From positions 1,674,001 through 1,738,000 of the forward strand of contig NW_027191411.1 of assembly GCF_041146345.1 (NCBI RefSeq): 64,000 nucleotides of DNA. The letters are read 5' to 3'. Below are positions 13,897 through 25,623 of the stretch, piece by piece. Each line of letters starts with the position of its first letter. The stretch's first letter is position 1. The position numbers and the translations under genes are program-made. Source of the stretch: Neodothiora populina (lineage: Eukaryota). The notes below the pieces were generated by a model. The model made no database searches and was not told where the DNA came from. It worked only from the letters and a program-made list of their open reading frames with translations.

Positions 13897-14451
13897 GTGA
13901 ATTCAGCATGTGTGTCATGCGTTGTGGGTTCTTCTTGATCGTCACAGCGGGCTGTGGAAGAGAAAGAGAGATTTACAACGGATTGTATGTAGACATGAAC
14001 AATAATTGCAAAGATGCAAGTGAGAAAGAGAAACAGCCTCGCAGATTCAATATCATGGCCGTTTCATTCGCTATTGTGAGTGGTGATGGTGAGTGCTTAC
14101 CCCTAGATGTGCAGGACGCCTGGTAATGCATTTGAATCGCAACATGAAAATCCCTCGCTTTAGCCTTCTCCATTCCTCCATACACGCCCCGTTGCTGTTC
14201 ACCGAAACCTCCATAATCGTTCATTGTGGGTGCTGTTGTGACCCCATACTCTAGCTGTTCAGCATATCGTGGCCCACGACTTTGTGTTCATCTTCATAGC
14301 AAAAGTGGCAATTATGCTGCGTCGTCTCGCTCGGCGCTGCACTTGTCTCGACTCCCCAAAGACACTCGTGGGCTTCGCAATCACAAGAGATCATGTCAAA
14401 CGAAGGGAAGTACAGTTGTCATATCATGACATGTGAAGACTCTGGCTTGGT

Positions 14452-15153
14452 TCACATGACCATATCATCATGCTGGGCTTGCATGTGTTCCATGTGTTGG
14501 GCCTGTTGGTAGGCGCCATACTGAAGCTCCATGGCTTGTATAGCCTGATTGTAGCTCGGTGCCTGTTGCCACATGCCGGCCGCAGCGGCTGCATATACGG
14601 GTTCGAGCCGCTGGGGGTTTGCATACCCTGCGACGACGTAGGGCTCGGCTTCTTGTGAATCAACGCTTTCATGAGTCTGGCTGTTCAGGCGCTTCTCATA
14701 TCTGAGCCTTGCCGATTCTTCCTCTTGAGCTAGGCTGGTGAGGGGCCAAACAGCTAGATCGGATCGGTCATGGCTCTCGTTATCTGGAGGAGAGATCCGC
14801 CAGAGTTCGAGCAGCCGCAGCCGCTGCTCGCTGTCAGCATCAGCGAAAAGCTTAGACTGGGAAGGGGAGAGAGAAGCAGGGTCAATGTCGTTGCGGAGGA
14901 GGATATTTGTAAGGTCATCTACTGGGAAACTCATCGGAGAGTCTACTCGTGCCTCTTGAACAGGCTCGACAGGGGAGTAATGGTACGCTCCCGTGTAGTG
15001 CTGCGAAGAGTATATGATCTGAGCTTGGGCAGGTGTCTGCATGTGAAACTGCTTATCAGGAGTCGTAGGGTACTGCGGTAACGGCTGAGAGAAGATCATG
15101 TTTCTCTCGAAGAGTTGTGCTAGCTCATCCTGGGGGTTCTGTGCCATGATCAT
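14452..15153 (-). CDS. Hypothetical fungal protein, about 231-233 aa, unknown function
   Basis: Intronless ORF with ATG at 15153 or 15147. It has a protein-like core (IDPASLSPSQSKLFADADSEQRLRLLELWRISPP...TSLAQEE...AEPY) that I recall from ascomycete hypothetical proteins, with Q-rich termini. Confidence 0.75.
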   Translation of the reverse strand: MIMAQNPQDELAQLFERNMIFSQPLPQYPTTPDKQFHMQTPAQAQIIYSSQHYTGAYHYSPVEPVQEARVDSPMSFPVDDLTNILLRNDIDPASLSPSQSKLFADADSEQRLRLLELWRISPPDNESHDRSDLAVWPLTSLAQEEESARLRYEKRLNSQTHESVDSQEAEPYVVAGYANPQRLEPVYAAAAAGMWQQAPSYNQAIQAMELQYGAYQQAQHMEHMQAQHDDMVM

Positions 15154-15189
15154 GGTTCTCCCTATCGTCAAAAAAAAGTAAAAGGCACA

Positions 15190-15251
15190 CTATGGTGTTC
15201 GTGTCAGTCCTTACCGCCACCCCCACGAACTTGTCATATATGTGCTCTTAC
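15190..15251 (-). other. Probable 5'UTR intron (62 nt) of the hypothetical gene
   Basis: Minus strand GTAAGA...GACTGAC...ACCATAG, ending about 36 nt upstream of the ATG. Size is typical of introns in this window. Confidence 0.55.
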
Positions 15252-16286
15252 GTTATTCAGGTTCTGTGAAACGCCAGGTCAGAGCAGATAGCGAGAGCTT
15301 GTCAGTGGCTAAGGTAAGGTATGTTTTGGAACAATGAGACAGCACGAGATAAGTTCGAGATCAGCACTACGATGATATCCGTGACAAGATCAGTAGCAGA
15401 GGCCTATGTGCTCGAGTGACCGCTGTGGAGAGAGAGGCCTGGGGGGTTTCTTCTAGATTATATGTGGAATATTTGTTCTTGCTGCCCAAAGCAAATTGCG
15501 CTGGACGCTGTGACTATTTACTGATAGCTGCGGGGTTCCACAAAGGAGATGGAGCTAGTGTCTGGAGAAGAAGCGGTGTCGAACGATTGATCATGGAAGG
15601 GGGTGTCAATTTAGAAGAGAACAAAGAGGAATTGAGCAAGAGGATTTGTGAGTGGGAGTAGATGAAATCTGGGTTGGGTGCTGGATGGGTTAGATGAACA
15701 GCAGCCTTGAAAGCTTATGCGGAAGGCAAGATTGTTGAAGTGCGTCATGTCGGATTTGGATTCAGCGGCAGCGGGTCACATGGGTGAAGTTGAGGGGCAA
15801 TATGAAGTAAGGCATACAAATGAAATCTGATCGATTTTCAGGTTTAGTCTAGTACGGAGGGATGCGACTATGCAATGGATTACACAGGTAGATAGCTGTC
15901 CAATTTACCAGAATATGTGGACATATGCAACGGTATCTGCGAGTAGATTGTCGAGGAGAGTCTTTGTTTGGGATACAGCGAAGCGGACAGATGACTATTG
16001 AGATCAGATAAGATGAGATTTGTCCTATAGTGAAGCACAGACCAGCAGCTGCTTGTGTTGCGTCCAGCACGATGGACGACTTACGATTACGAGCTTCAAG
16101 TGGAAGGCAGGCAGCTACAGGGCCACGCACTCGCCATCATTCATCCATTATATCATCCACATCATCTCTTTGATCTCATATACAACACACTCGTATCCTC
16201 GCTTGTCTCATTCGAGATTCCATAGCTCTAATCAAAAAGGATCCTTCTCCGCGCCACTTCTTTCACCACAGCTTCATCTATTAGCC

Positions 16287-17297
16287 ATGGTGTGTATACA
16301 TTGCATACCAAGTATTCGATATCAAGTCATCGTGACTGACACACTTTCTCCCAGACTTCCATAGGAACGGGCTACGATCTCTCAAACTCCGTCTTCTCTC
16401 CCGATGGACGCAACTTCCAAGTCGAATATGCTGTGAAAGCAGTGGAGAACGGTGGCACCGCAGTCGGTATCAGATGCAAGGATGGCGTCGTGCTCGCACT
16501 GGAGAAACTAGTCACATCTAAGCTCTTGAAGAAAGATGCGAACAAGAGGATAGCAACTGTGGATCGCAACATCGGCATTGTACGTTTTGCGCATACGAGT
16601 CACCACCGAACACGAAAGGGAGTCATGACGAATGGGGGGGCCGGCTGACAATCATCAACAGGTATCTTCTGGTCTTCAACCCGATGGCAAACATTTCGTC
16701 TCACGCGCCCGCGACGAGGCAGCCTCATGGCGATCACTCTACAAGCAACCCATCCCGGTCGCATCACTCGCAAACCGCATGGGGTCATACGTGCAAGCCT
16801 ACACTCTCTACAACTCAGTCAGACCATTCGGCATCACCGCTCTTGTTGGAGGATGGGACTCTGAGCTCGATGTGCCTGTCGACGGCCAGGTCGGCTCTGG
16901 GCCCTCTGTTGGAAGTGGCGGAAAGACGGAGGGTTCGAAGCAAGGTGGCCCATACCTGTACATGATCGAGCCCTCGGGTTCGTACTGGGGATACTACGGT
17001 GCGGCCACCGGCAAGGGACGCCAGGCAGCCAAGTCAGAACTGGAGAAGCTGAAGCTCAACCCCAAGGACAGTGATTGTTTAAGCTTAGAGGAGGGCGTCA
17101 AGGAGGCCGCAAGAATCATCTATGTCGCGCACGAGGACAACAAGGACAAGGACTTTGAGTTGGAATTGACTTGGGTCAGCGCGGTCAACGGTCCTACCAA
17201 TGGCAGACATGAAGAGGTCCCCACCGAGTTGAGAGAAGAGGCAGAGCGTCTCGCCAAGAAGACTCTGGAAGATGACGAGGACGACATGGAGGAGTAG
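16287..17297 (+). CDS. PRE10: 20S proteasome subunit alpha-7 (PSMA3 orthologue); exons 16287-16289, 16355-16579, 16662-17297 (287 aa)
   Basis: Spliced N-terminus [27 protein letters not shown]. Also [25 protein letters not shown] and an acidic tail. Confidence 0.97.
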
Positions 17298-17932
17298 AGG
17301 GGCTGTTAGGCAACAGGAAGGATAAAGGCATAAGATAAATATGTCGTTCCTCGGTTGAGTGTACGAGTACATTTGACATGTTACTCTAATCAGAGAAAGA
17401 ATCAATGGTTGTATGCACAATGAGAGAAAGGTTCGAGGCGGACCTATTCCGAGCTACCTAGCCTTCGAGGTAGAGGCATGACTAAGGGCGCATCTACAAG
17501 GTACTCCTACCAGAGTTGTCAAAGAAAGTCAAGAAAGCGAACAAAGCGAACAATCTCGTAACAAAGCGAACAAACAATCTCGAAGTGGCTCCTTCCATTC
17601 TAAGATTATACCACACTGAGTGAGCAGACCATCAATTCTGGTGACATTTCACAACGTTCTTGATTTTCATTACAGAAAAGGCAGATAGAAGTCTCACAAT
17701 AGTACTACTGCTGCACCCCCAATCATGACAGGACCCTTTTCCTTCCAAGGGTCAAGTAAATTTATGAAGTTTTTGACAGTCTTTTGTTTTGGTTGCTGGA
17801 TTTAGATGTTGTACAGGGCTAGCTCTTCCCTTCCACTCTACCACGCACTTTCATTTCATCTTCCCTGTTCATACATGTACAATGCTAGAGAATCGGCCTG
17901 TGTTCTTGACGTCCTCAATCGTTGTCTCTTAT

Positions 17933-18842
17933 CTATGACACAAACTTGCCGAGGGTCTGGTCCTTCATCGAGTCCGGAGTCAGGTTGTTGACCGAGTACC
18001 AATTGATGGCATCCCACCACCTTTGCAGGTACTCTTGCTTGCCATCGACTCCGAAATCAGCGAGATAGACGTGCTCCCAGGTGTTGACGCACAGAACGGG
18101 AACGACAGAGACAGCGCCGGGGGGGAGAGCGGCTTGTTTCTTGCCGGCTGCGGACGAGACGCCGAAGGCGCCCGCCGTGTTGGCGACGGTGTTCATGTCG
18201 CGGTCTTGCTGTCTGTAGCCTGCTTCGGCATAGGGAGTGCCGGCGAGATAGGTGTTCAGGATCCTCCAGTTGCCGTCCTTGGTGTAGACGAGCCAGACGA
18301 AGCCCGGGCCGAACATGCTGTCCGCTGTGTGCAGCATCGTCTGTCGCAGGGTTTCGATGGAGCCGAATGCGCTGATGAGGGATTTCTGCAGGCCGCTGTA
18401 GCGCTCGAGGGCGGTCGGGGCTGGTGACAGGGCGTTGAAGAAGAATTCGTTGTTGTGAGCCATGCTGGCGTGGTTGAAGAGAGCGGCGGTCGCAGGATTG
18501 CGGGCATATTGGAGCACCAGTTGCTTGGTCGTCGCATGTTCGGCATCGAAGCCTGTTGCAACTTGTGTCAGCGACTCGACTCGACTATTCTTTTTGCTGT
18601 GGTAAATCACATACCGGCGGTGATCTCGTTGAGCTTCTCCATCATCAACGCCTGGTACTTGGTCCAGGAGATGTCGAATCCATCGCGACTGAGCAGACCA
18701 GGCACGCCGTGCTCGACAAACTCCTTTTCGTATGAGAGTTGCTGTACTTGATGTAGTTCTCTTCGTTCTCTTCGTTGCCGTAATGATGATGCGATTGTCG
18801 CTCGGGGCAGGATTGAGGCGGCGGGGGAAGAAGCAGATCTGC

Positions 18843-18879
<37 letters not shown>

Positions 18880-18909
18880 CGAGGAGCGCGATAATCGTTG
18901 TAGGAGCAT
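17933..18909 (-). CDS. RSM26: Fe/Mn-SOD-like mitochondrial small-subunit ribosomal protein (mS42/Rsm26-type); exons 18909-18615, 18552-17933 (304 aa)
   Basis: Basic presequence. SOD-fold motifs FNHASMAHNNEFFF, FGPGFVWLV and LCVNTWEHVYLADFG, with the metal-ligand Asp replaced by Asn. Confidence 0.85.
18845..18877. repeat. (GCT)n microsatellite encoding poly-Ala in the presequence
   Basis: About 11 consecutive GCT units, translated on the minus strand as a run of about 11 Ala. Confidence 0.9.
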
Positions 18910-19458
18910 TTGTCGTGTGTTCGGGGTGTGATTATTATGTTAGAGAAATAATTAAATTATTGCCTCGATTCAACTCAACTGCAACAATTGAACATCTGAA
19001 CTTCCCGTCGCAGTCGGCGGCGGAAGCGGCCGGTGTGTGGAGAAACTTTTGGCCGATCTGACATGACTCTCGTCTCTGCTAGAACCGAGCACCTTTCGAG
19101 GACCTGCATTAGTCAGTTTCTTTCTCATATACAAAGCTACAGCATGCCTTTTCCACACTCTATTCTTGTTTCTGGGGCAGAATAGCCCAAGGCAAGGCCA
19201 GGTCCACGGACTGTACAATACAGTAAAGGCCCCGGTGGACGGCACCGCTACGGGCGACGGGCGACGGTTGGATCGCGGATTGTCTGAGATGCCAATGACG
19301 CCGCACAAAATAAGGTAATTAACCTACTCTTACAAAGTTATTCCATATATAAACAAGGGATGAGATCGCCGTTGACCGCATGTACATCAAATACCATAAG
19401 GTAGCATACACGGCATGGCATGGCACTTGCAGCCCAATGGTATACCTGTCCTTACAAT

Positions 19459-19482
19459 GCTCCTGCTCCTGCTCCTGCTCCT
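19459..19482. repeat. (GCTCCT)4 tandem repeat upstream of the ArfGAP gene
   Basis: Directly visible. Confidence 0.85.
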
Positions 19483-19896
19483 ATCCTCTGTGTCTCTTCG
19501 GCTCCGCTACTGTGATACTGTACAAGTGCTTCCTGGAACCAGATTGATTGATCTGTTCATGTTTGATCTAGCGTGAACATCCACTCCCTCTCTCCCAGCC
19601 CGCTGACGTCGGCACCTCACCACCCACTGATCACTCTCCCGCACCCGCACTCTTTCCATTATTCCTCGCTACCTTAACATTAAATCCCGACATCCAAGTG
19701 TCTCCCTCGCTGCCATGCTTTTCTTTGTTGATACCCCTCGGCTATGATAATCTGCGATACATATACTGTTTCTGTGTAGATCCCACTGCGCTTCACGACT
19801 GCTTCTCCCGCTTGACTTTGGAAACCGCGCGCGCCGCCCCTATACTGCCGACGTATCGTCCACCACGAATTGACGGCGTCGAGCCATCGTCCAGTC

Positions 19897-22280
19897 ATGG
19901 CGGGCCTGATGAGCAAAAGGCAGCAGGCTCGCAATGAGAAGGTGCTTCAGGAGCTGCTGCGCACTGTTCCTGGAAACGACAAATGTGCCGATTGTGCTAC
20001 GAAGAATCCAGGTACGCTGAGCAACCAGCACGCGACTAGATGTGGTGCTTGTCGCTATGCTAACGTTCAATCGCAGGTTGGGCCAGCTGGAGTGTGAGTA
20101 TATTGCGAACCCCGTCTGTCTACTGCGGAACATCCGAGACTCCTGCGATGTCGTTCAATGTGATTTATAACACCGAAACTGACATGGTTCTCCTTGCAGC
20201 TGGGCATCTTCCTATGCATGACTTGTGCTGCGCTACACCGGAAGATGGGCACACACATCTCAAAGGTCAAGTCTCTGAGCATGGACAGCTGGAGTAGTGA
20301 TCAGGTCGACGTCAGTAGCACTTCCCATGGCTTTTGGTATGCTACGACAGCGACACTAACCAAGACGGACAGAACATGAAGAAGGTTGGAAATGTGGTAT
20401 CGAACCTGAAGTACAACCCGCAAAACGTCAAGCCGGACATTCCCTTCGACGCCGACGAGGTGGGAGGAGCCATGGAGAGATTCATCCGTCGGAAATACGA
20501 GACACTGGAGTTCGCAACGACCAGCGCCAGAAGAGGTGCCGCGAACCACACCGGCAACGCGAGCACGAGCTCCGCCGAAGACCAGCCACCGCCTCTGCCC
20601 CCGAAGCCTGGCAAGAAGTTCGGACTTGCTTTGCGCTCCGCCTCGGCCACATTTACACGCCCGCGCATGGACAAGTACACGCCTCCCATGTCTCCTGCGT
20701 ACAGTGGCTCCGACGGTCGAGAGTCGCCTCCGAGGACAAACAAGCAGTCCAGAGTCTTCGGTTCGACCATCGGGAATATGCATGACGATGCCTTCAAGGC
20801 CAAGATGAGCTCGCTGCGGGAGATGGGCTTCCACGACGCCGAGCAGAACGCTTTCGTATTGAAAGAGATGAATGGAAACCTCTCGGCGACGGTCGAAGGC
20901 CTCGTGCGGCTTGGAGGAGGCAACAGGCCTGGGTCAAGGAATATCACCCCCGTCTCCGCATCGAGCGGCGCACTCAATGGGCTGAACGTCGACCGCGTGC
21001 GCGCATCAGAAATCCCTCCAAAGGCGCCTCCCAAAGACCCCGTGGATCCTTTTGCTGCTCTGGACAATGAGACGCAGCCTCAGAGACGCGCTGCCACCAT
21101 GCCGCTTCCTCAGTTGCAGCAACAACAGCAGTCATACAACCCTTTCTTGCCAGCTCATCCTCAACTTCCGCCGCAGCAGACGCTGCAGGATTCATTCGCA
21201 GGCATGCAGATATCTTCTCAGCCACAGCATTACGCGAACACACCGCCTCCTCAGCAGGCCCAGAACCCATATAACCCCTTCATGGCACCGACTCAACAAG
21301 CTCAGATGCAAGCCCCTCAGCATCCACAGCAGCAACCTCAATATCAATATCCCCAGCCATTACAGCCACAGCACACTGCTCAGCCCTTGCAGCCTCAACA
21401 CACATCAAACCCTTTCCTACGCGCCACCAAATCTCAGACCTTTACGCACACTCAATCAAACCCTTTCTTCCAGCAGCCGGCTCTTCCTCAAAACCCCTGG
21501 TTGAATCAACCACAGGTACAGACTCCTCAAGCACAGACTCCTTCTTACCAAGGCTCGGGTCAGGCAGACTTTTTCTCATCCCAGCCAATTCAGCAGCAGC
21601 AACAACAACCACCACCACAATTCCAATCACAAGCTCAATACCAGCCCAATGGCCAGATGCAACCACCATCGAGTTACATGTTGAATGGCGCAAGTAATCC
21701 GTTCCAGGGTCAGAATACTATCCAGCAACCACAGCGACCGCAGACTCAGCCCTTACCTCAGCCGACTCAGTCGTTCAACAATCCGTATCAATCATCCCAG
21801 CAGCCCCCTCAGCAGATGCAGCAACCGCAACCGCAGCAACAACTGCAACAACAACCTTTCCAGCAGCAGCAGCAGCAGCAAGTACAACAACAACAGGTGC
21901 AGCAACAACCGCAATATCTGCAAAGTCGCCACGACAAGCAGTCGATACTGCAGCTATACAGTTACCCGCAACTAGCACCAGCTCGCTCTCTGCAGGCTCT
22001 ACCCGAGGAGACAGCCATGCCGCCGCAGCAGGCTCAACAAGCTCTCGCAGCGGCGAACACTCCTGGCCGGAGTGTCACCATGCCCACAACCGGCAGCATG
22101 AACCCTTTCATGTCGGGCAACGCAGCAGCAGCAGTACAGACTGCACAGCAGAGTAGTCAAGCGCCTGCACAGAACATATACAACCACTCGAGTCGTGACA
22201 GCATGGCTTTTGTCGGTCTAGGCAGTGGTCGACAGAGTCCGGACGCTTTTGCGAGTCTGAGTTCTCAGTATGGACGATGA
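19897..22280 (+). CDS. GTS1: ArfGAP-UBA protein (Gts1/Ucp3-like) with a Q/P-rich NPF-containing tail; exons 19897-20011, 20077-20093, 20200-20310, 20373-22280 (716 aa)
   Basis: Splicing restores C-x2-C-x16-C-x2-C (CADC ATKNPGWASWSLGIFL CMTC) and the arginine finger CAALHR. UBA-like segment LREMGFHD...LKEMNGNLSATVEGL. Includes a 17-nt microexon. Confidence 0.9.
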
Positions 22281-23572
22281 AAAAGGAAAAGAAAAGCATT
22301 TTTGTTTTCTGGATTTTCTCCTTCTATTGGCATTTTGACTAGGGGAGCTTTTTTCTTCTTCTTTTTTTCTTCTTCTTTCTTCATTTATTACCACTTTTTA
22401 TGACATGGGAATATCTTGGTTTCCTTGGTTCATCTTTTGATCTTCCCTTTTTCCCTTTTTTTCTCACTGCGTCTTCTAGCGTCTGTAGCCTGCACAAAGG
22501 CAGGCAGGGCAATGCAGACTGGTAGCCGGTGAGCTTAGACAGAGCAAGCAGGCAGTCAGGAAACCGCAAATAAGCAAATAAAGCAAGCAAATAAAGCGAG
22601 CGAGCGAGCGAGCAGATGAGCCCACAACTCCTTTTTTCTTCATTCGTTTCGTCCCGCATTGTGTATCACTTTCTTCGTTCGTGTAGTCTTGTGTTTGTCG
22701 CATTTCATTTCTCTGAGAGAGAGACTCTGAGAGAGAGAAAGGGGGGAAAGAGAGAAAGACGAGGGAAGGGCACAGACAGACCGTGATCGAAAACAGTGGG
22801 CGAAAGGCACAAAGACAGGTTCTTGGTTGCTTTGCTCATGTATCATACCACCTCATATCATATAAGCCGTTGCCGTCACATCCTGTGCTCATTTCACGCC
22901 TTCGCCTCCTCTTGAACTTCACTGCGGAGACTCCTACTCCAGAACCAAAGAAAGAAAAAAGAATATATCATTCCGTCCTGCCATCCTTTGCTTTTTCCAT
23001 CTATGTCTCAAGAGGGTTCGATCCATTCTCTGACAACGAAGAGCAAGACGAACAAGAAGGACCTCGAGGACAAGAACCGTGAGAAGCCGGGCCCATCAGA
23101 TCGAAAAGTCGGGGCAGGGCAAGGCAAGGCTCAGAGAGAAGAGGGACAGGGTCGCCCGCCATATCTACCTATGTGACTACCTATGATTTTCTATCAAACA
23201 ATCGTAAATCTATGGCCGACTCTACAAGCCTTTTGGTACGTCGCTGTCAAATGTATCGTCTGGGTTTGGAGTACAGAAGAAATGGGGTCTTTGGAGTTAG
23301 AGTCCCGTCGAACATGTGGAGTGACACTGGTGATGTTTTGCACGGATGTGGGTTTCTGTTCTTCTTGGGGTTTGTATGGGGGTTTGGTCTATATGTGGGT
23401 CTTCGTCAATAGATGGGATGGGCTTTTTGTGTTTCGTCAATATATAGAGGCTTCGTCGATATATAGCAGAGGAAGAGTATAGACATGTAAGCATTCGCTG
23501 AGATGCAGCAGCAAGAACGGGCCATCTTTTTCCTCCCTTTTTTTCTTCCTTTTTTTGTTTTTCGAGTCTATA

Positions 23573-25303
23573 TCACTTCTTGCCTCGCCCGGAAGTGCTG
23601 ATCAACTTCTTCTTCAAGTGCTTGGGCATCTTCTCCTTTCTCTTTTCTCGCTTCTCCTCCTTGATCTTCTGCTTGTGCTCCTTCTTGGCGTCCTTGTCCT
23701 CGAAGCGCTTGCCGCGTGGTTTCGAGCTCGAGCGCTCTTCCCACTCGCCGTCTTCGTCTCCTTCTTGACTTGCCGAGTCGTCGTCGTCGTCGTCCTCGGA
23801 AGCGCCGTCTGCGTCTGAGTCCGCGCCGTCGTCGTCTCGCTCATTTGTCTCTACCGCTGCGCCTGGCGCCTTGCTGGCCAACAGCGCCTTGTAGATGAGG
23901 TCGCCGCCCTCGCCTCTATTGACGCGCTCGGCGTCGCGCTCGATATCGTAGACCTGGTCGAGGTTCTGCGGGATATACTGTTCGCGGAAGACGGCGTCGT
24001 CAGCTTCTTCGTCGTCGCGCGCGCCTCGGGAGTCGTACAGCTTCGCGAGCTGGGCCTCCATGTCTGCGACTTGGACGCCGCCCTGAGGCGAGGTGATGAA
24101 GCCGAAGATGGCGCGCTCGGGCAGGCAGTCGACGCCCTTGCGCACGAAGAAGTCGGATACGTTCTTGATGTCCATGCGCAGGAACTCGAGCGAGCGCGGG
24201 TGGTCGTGCTCGACGCTCTGGCTCACGTCGATGACGAACAGCTTGTTCTTGTGGTAGAGCAGGTTGTACTCGCTCAGATCGGCGTGGACGAGCCTGCAGG
24301 TCTGGTACATGACGCGCATGTAGCCGAGGAGTTGGACGTACAGCTCGCGCCATTTCTGGACGACTTCGTCTTCGGACATGTCGAAGTTGACGTCTCGTAG
24401 TCGCGGTGCTGGGTAGCCCCTTTTGTTGCCCAGAAAGTCCATGACCAGGACGTGTTGACGCAGGTAGATGGGTTCGGGACAGGGGATGCCCGAGGTGTGT
24501 AGTCTTCGCAGGTTCCGGTACTCTTTCTCTGCCCACACCTTGACCATCTCGCGGTTGTTGCTCTTGCTGTAGCCCGAGCGGAAGCGATACTCTCCGGTAA
24601 CATACTTGTCGCGGTCCTTGAAGACCAGGATGCGTGTCTTGTACACCTTGATCGCTCTGTTCACCGGGGGACCATCCTCTTGACCTTCGGGCGGACTCGA
24701 CACAGCGTGATAGACGTTTGCTTCCTTTCCTGTCGACAAGACACCGTTGATCTCGGAGACAATGTCTCTGTTCAGCATCTGTAACAAAATCATGCGAGTC
24801 CTGGGATCCAAGACCTGCTCGCTGGTGGCGCGGTCGCTCTTGTCCTTGTCGCCACCCTTGTCGCCCTTTGCACCGAAACCCGCCTCGAGATCATTGAGCC
24901 GCAGCTTCGAGGCATGGGTAGAAAGATTCTTGATCTGGTCGTCGACGGCCGCTCTCGTGTTTAGTTTGTGACCGGCGGGATTCGTCTTTGGCTTTTCCGT
25001 CGACGCGAGCGAAGAGTCGTTGAGTCGTTTCTGTCGGTTGTAGGCTTTGGTGTAGTCGCTGGGGTTGGACGAGGTCATCTCCGAGTCGGAGATTCCGTCG
25101 TCGCTGTCGAAGAGGTCGTCGTAGTATTCCTCTTCGTCGTATCCGCCTTGATCTGCTTGCCCCTCCTCGTGGCCCTCGTGCCCCTCGTCGGGCAGTCTGA
25201 CGCCGCCTTCGGACTGCGCATCCTTGGCGGCGGCAATGTCGTATCCTCTGTTCGGCGTGAAAGTGTGAGCCGGCTCTAGGCCAGCAGCTGGAGCAGAAGA
25301 CAT
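23573..25303 (-). CDS. RIO1: Atypical Ser/Thr kinase Rio1 (40S biogenesis), intronless, 576 aa
   Basis: Motifs STGKEANVYHA, AIKVYKT, LVHADLSEYNLL and IDVSQSVEHDHP, plus a K-rich C-terminus. Confidence 0.97.
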   Translation of the reverse strand: MSSAPAAGLEPAHTFTPNRGYDIAAAKDAQSEGGVRLPDEGHEGHEEGQADQGGYDEEEYYDDLFDSDDGISDSEMTSSNPSDYTKAYNRQKRLNDSSLASTEKPKTNPAGHKLNTRAAVDDQIKNLSTHASKLRLNDLEAGFGAKGDKGGDKDKSDRATSEQVLDPRTRMILLQMLNRDIVSEINGVLSTGKEANVYHAVSSPPEGQEDGPPVNRAIKVYKTRILVFKDRDKYVTGEYRFRSGYSKSNNREMVKVWAEKEYRNLRRLHTSGIPCPEPIYLRQHVLVMDFLGNKRGYPAPRLRDVNFDMSEDEVVQKWRELYVQLLGYMRVMYQTCRLVHADLSEYNLLYHKNKLFVIDVSQSVEHDHPRSLEFLRMDIKNVSDFFVRKGVDCLPERAIFGFITSPQGGVQVADMEAQLAKLYDSRGARDDEEADDAVFREQYIPQNLDQVYDIERDAERVNRGEGGDLIYKALLASKAPGAAVETNERDDDGADSDADGASEDDDDDDSASQEGDEDGEWEERSSSKPRGKRFEDKDAKKEHKQKIKEEKREKRKEKMPKHLKKKLISTSGRGKK

Positions 25304-25623
25304 GATTGCGATTATATTGGCTGAAGACAAAGAGAGAGAAAAGAAAAATATCAATCTGGGCGTCACAATTGGGCGTCTACTTTGGACTTTGTGATGGGGT
25401 TAAACGGAGTTTAAGCTTGGCGGTCGCCATCTAAATCAATCTTCTAATCAGCTATCTTATACACTTTGTATCTCAACTTTATACATTCAATCCTACTATA
25501 ACTAATCGATGGCCTGACTTGTGACCACTCTTGTCATGCATTGATTTCATCGTTCAGCAGCAACCAGGTACAATGCTCTGTGGGAGTCACAGTCTCAATG
25601 GTCACTGGTAGCCCACACAGATC

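Noticed and set aside
15178..15186. GCCTTTTAC on the minus strand, identical to the U5 snRNA loop 1 core
   Set aside because: There is no flanking stem or U5 architecture, and it lies in a probable mRNA 5'UTR.
23012..23030. GGTTCGATCC resembling a tRNA T-loop / B-box
   Set aside because: The T-stem is imperfect, and there is no acceptor stem, D-arm or anticodon arm.
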